Source: an uncultured archaeon (GTDB lineage: Archaea > Iainarchaeota > Iainarchaeia > Iainarchaeales > 0-14-0-20-30-16). Taken from it: DNA of 11,785 nucleotides. The stretch spans positions 1-11,785 of the forward strand of contig CAZMGA010000014.1 in NCBI GenBank assembly GCA_964565725.1, written 5' to 3'. Shown piece after piece: positions 9,223-11,785 of the stretch; positions within the stretch are counted from its first letter, which is position 1, and the number at the start of each line of letters is the position of its first letter. Position numbers and translations under genes: made by a program. The notes below the pieces were generated by a model. That model ran no database searches. It was not told the DNA's origin and saw nothing but the letters and a program-made list of their open reading frames with translations.

Positions 9223-11785
9223 TTGGTAAAAAATTATGAAGGTTTAAAAGAAGATGAAGTTTTAAACTTAAGATCTAAATATGGTTATAATGAAATAATT
9301 TTTAAAAATGATCATCATATACTAAAATTAATACTATCACAATTTACTTCTTTTTTAGTAATTATTTTATTAATTGCGGGAATTTTATCTATAATTTTAG
9401 GAGATATTTTGGATGGTATTGCTATTTTTGCAATTATTATTTTAAATGCAATAATTGGTTTTTTTCAGGAATTTAAAGCTGAAAATGCTGTAAAAGCTTT
9501 AAAAAAAATGTTATTACCAAAAACAATAGTAATAAGAGAAGGAATAGAAAAAGAAATATTTTCTAAAGAATTAGTTCCTGGAGATGTAATTTTACTTGTA
9601 GAGGGAGATAAGGTTCCAGCAGATTCTATGATTTTGGAAGCTTTTGCATTAAAGATTGATGAATCTATATTAACGGGTGAAAGTAAAACAGTATCTAAAT
9701 TAGAAGGAGAAATATATTCTGGTACATTAATAAGTACTGGAAAAGTATATGCAAAAGTAATTAAAATAGGCAATAAAACTAAATTTGGAGAAATAGTAAA
9801 TTTATTATCTAAAGAAAGTAAAACTGAAACATTATTAACAAAAGAAGTAAATAAATTAGCAAAAAATTTAGGTATTATTATTATAATATTAATTTCTATA
9901 TTAATAATTATAGAATTATTTGGAAATTTAGATTTTTATAATACAATTATGACTGCTATTGCTTTAGGTGTTTCAGCAATACCTGAAGGTTTACCAATAA
10001 TAGTTACTTTAACTTTAGCTTTAGGTACACAAACATTAGCTAAAAAGAAAGCTATAGTTAGAAAAATGTCTGCAATAGAAACTTTAGGAGCAACAACAGT
10101 AATTTGTTCTGATAAAACAGGAACTTTAACATTAAATGAAATGACTGTTAAAAAAGTAAGAACTTTAAATTCAGAATTTGATATTCCAGGTTTTGGTTAT
10201 ACTTGGGATGAAAAGTTAAATATTTTAAATGATGAAACAAAACCTTTGTTAGAAGTTTGTGAAAATTGTAATGATTCTAAATTAGGTAAAAATATAATTG
10301 GAGATCCTACTGAAATTGCATTAAAAGTTTTAACTAGAAAAACAGATTATGTTAAAGAATTACAACAAATAAATGAATTGCCTTTTTCATCAGAAAGAAA
10401 GATAATGTCTACATTAAATCAAATTGATAATAAAACTTTTTTATATTCTAAAGGTGCTTTTGAAGAAATAATTAAAAAATGTAGTTTTATTTTGGATGAT
10501 GGCAAAATTAGAGCTATTAAAAAAACAGATATTGAAGAATTTAAAAAAATTCATGATAGATTTTCAAATGAGGCATTAAGAGTTTTAGCTTTTGCATATC
10601 AAAAAGATTTAAAAGAAATTAAAGAAGATAATTTAATTTTTATAGGTTTAGTTGGTATGTTAGATCCTCCAAGACCAGATGTTTTTGAATCATTAAATTT
10701 AGCTAAAGGTGCTGGTATAAAAGTAAAAATTATTACTGGTGATAATGCGTTAACAGCAAAAGCTATTGCTAAAAAAATTGGTTTTAAAAATTTAAATATT
10801 GTTTTAGGTTCAGATATTGATAAAATGAATGATGATCAATTAAAAAAAATAATATTAACAACAGATATTTATGCTAGAACTAATCCAGAGCATAAATATA
10901 GATTAGTGTCTATTTTACAAAGTTTGGGCGAAGTTGTCGCTGTTACTGGTGATGGTGTAAATGATGCGCCTGCAATAAAAAAAGGAGATGTAGGTATAGC
11001 AATGGGTATAAAAGGCACAGAAGCTACTAGAGAGGTAGCAGATATTGTTTTAAAAGATGATAATTTTGGAACTATCGTATCTGCAATAAAAGAAGGAAGA
11101 AGAATTTATCATAATATATTATTATTTGTTAAGTATATGTTATCCGCAAATTTTGGAATTTTAGTATTTGTAGGATTATTATCTTTATTAAGATTACCTT
11201 TGCCTTTTTTAGCATTACAAATTTTATGGATTAATATTGTTACTGATAGTTTACCTGCATTAGCTTTAGGACAGCAAAAAGCTCAAGAAAATATTATGCA
11301 AAATAAACCTAGAAATAGAAAAGTAAATATGTTAAAGCAATTTAAAAGTTTTATAATTATTGCATTAATTCTATATATTATTGTTTGTTTTGTAGTTTTT
11401 ATGTATGGTTATAAAATAGATTTAGCAAATGGTGTAAATTTATTTGATTTGGATATACCTAGTAAAGCTAGAACTTTAGTTTTTTGTGAAATTGTAATTT
11501 TAGAACTATTTTTAACATTTGTATGTGTTTATGGTCATAGCCAAAAATTTTTTGCGAATATAAAAGAAATTATTACTAATAAATTATTAATTTTATCTAT
11601 TTTATTTTCTTTTTTATTACAATTGTTGGTAGTATATATTCCATTTTTACAAATGATATTTAAAACTACACCTTTGAATTTAATAGATTGGTTATTGATA
11701 TTTGGTACCTCTTGTGTTGTATTCTTAATCCCTTTTTTTGAAACTATATTTAATAAAATTGAAATGTGTTTTTTAAAAAAGTTTA
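9223..11785 (+). CDS. P2-type cation-transporting (probably Ca2+) ATPase, 3' end outside the window
   Basis: Manual translation is stop-free from TTG 9223 (preceded by GGTAGTGAT) to the window end. It contains ILTGES, AIPEGLPIIVTLTLALGT, CSDKTGTLTLNEMTV, KGAFEEI, MLDPPRPD, TGDNALTAKAIA, VTGDGVNDAPAIKKGDVGIAMG and QILWINIVTDSLPALALG. Confidence 0.95.
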   Translation, partial: MVKNYEGLKEDEVLNLRSKYGYNEIIFKNDHHILKLILSQFTSFLVIILLIAGILSIILGDILDGIAIFAIIILNAIIGFFQEFKAENAVKALKKMLLPKTIVIREGIEKEIFSKELVPGDVILLVEGDKVPADSMILEAFALKIDESILTGESKTVSKLEGEIYSGTLISTGKVYAKVIKIGNKTKFGEIVNLLSKESKTETLLTKEVNKLAKNLGIIIIILISILIIIELFGNLDFYNTIMTAIALGVSAIPEGLPIIVTLTLALGTQTLAKKKAIVRKMSAIETLGATTVICSDKTGTLTLNEMTVKKVRTLNSEFDIPGFGYTWDEKLNILNDETKPLLEVCENCNDSKLGKNIIGDPTEIALKVLTRKTDYVKELQQINELPFSSERKIMSTLNQIDNKTFLYSKGAFEEIIKKCSFILDDGKIRAIKKTDIEEFKKIHDRFSNEALRVLAFAYQKDLKEIKEDNLIFIGLVGMLDPPRPDVFESLNLAKGAGIKVKIITGDNALTAKAIAKKIGFKNLNIVLGSDIDKMNDDQLKKIILTTDIYARTNPEHKYRLVSILQSLGEVVAVTGDGVNDAPAIKKGDVGIAMGIKGTEATREVADIVLKDDNFGTIVSAIKEGRRIYHNILLFVKYMLSANFGILVFVGLLSLLRLPLPFLALQILWINIVTDSLPALALGQQKAQENIMQNKPRNRKVNMLKQFKSFIIIALILYIIVCFVVFMYGYKIDLANGVNLFDLDIPSKARTLVFCEIVILELFLTFVCVYGHSQKFFANIKEIITNKLLILSILFSFLLQLLVVYIPFLQMIFKTTPLNLIDWLLIFGTSCVVFLIPFFETIFNKIEMCFLKKF

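Noticed and set aside
9465-9773. Minus-strand 102-aa ORF
   Set aside because: Antisense to the actuator-domain region of the P-type ATPase, which has unambiguous family motifs on the plus strand.

Overview
AT-rich window that looks archaeal; a DPANN-like lineage is my inference and was not tested. Order of content: (i) a tandem 30-bp repeat (33-bp period) upstream of an AAA_14/DUF4143-type ATPase with a C-terminal PD-(D/E)XK-like motif; (ii) a degenerate intergenic segment bounded by short direct repeats; (iii) a xylose-isomerase/AP-endonuclease-2-like TIM-barrel protein; (iv) a convergent class I SAM methyltransferase; (v) an uncharacterised protein divergent from the methyltransferase; (vi) a PRTase-fold-like protein; (vii) gyrase genes on the minus strand in the order gyrA then gyrB, with bacterial-type protein sequences; (viii) a P2-type cation-transporting ATPase on the plus strand that the ORF track misses, because it starts at TTG and runs off the right edge. 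Several genes have a TATA-like box about 24-27 bp upstream of the start codon and no Shine-Dalgarno (leaderless arrangement). gyrA and gyrB have clear GGTGA(T) ribosome-binding sites. I did not find a convincing new defence or mobile system. The best leads are the duplicated element before the AAA ATPase, a palindromic TATA box shared by two divergent leaderless genes, and unusual residues at drug- and function-relevant positions of the gyrase (GyrA Leu83, GyrB Phe at the Arg136-equivalent position, degenerate GyrA box).
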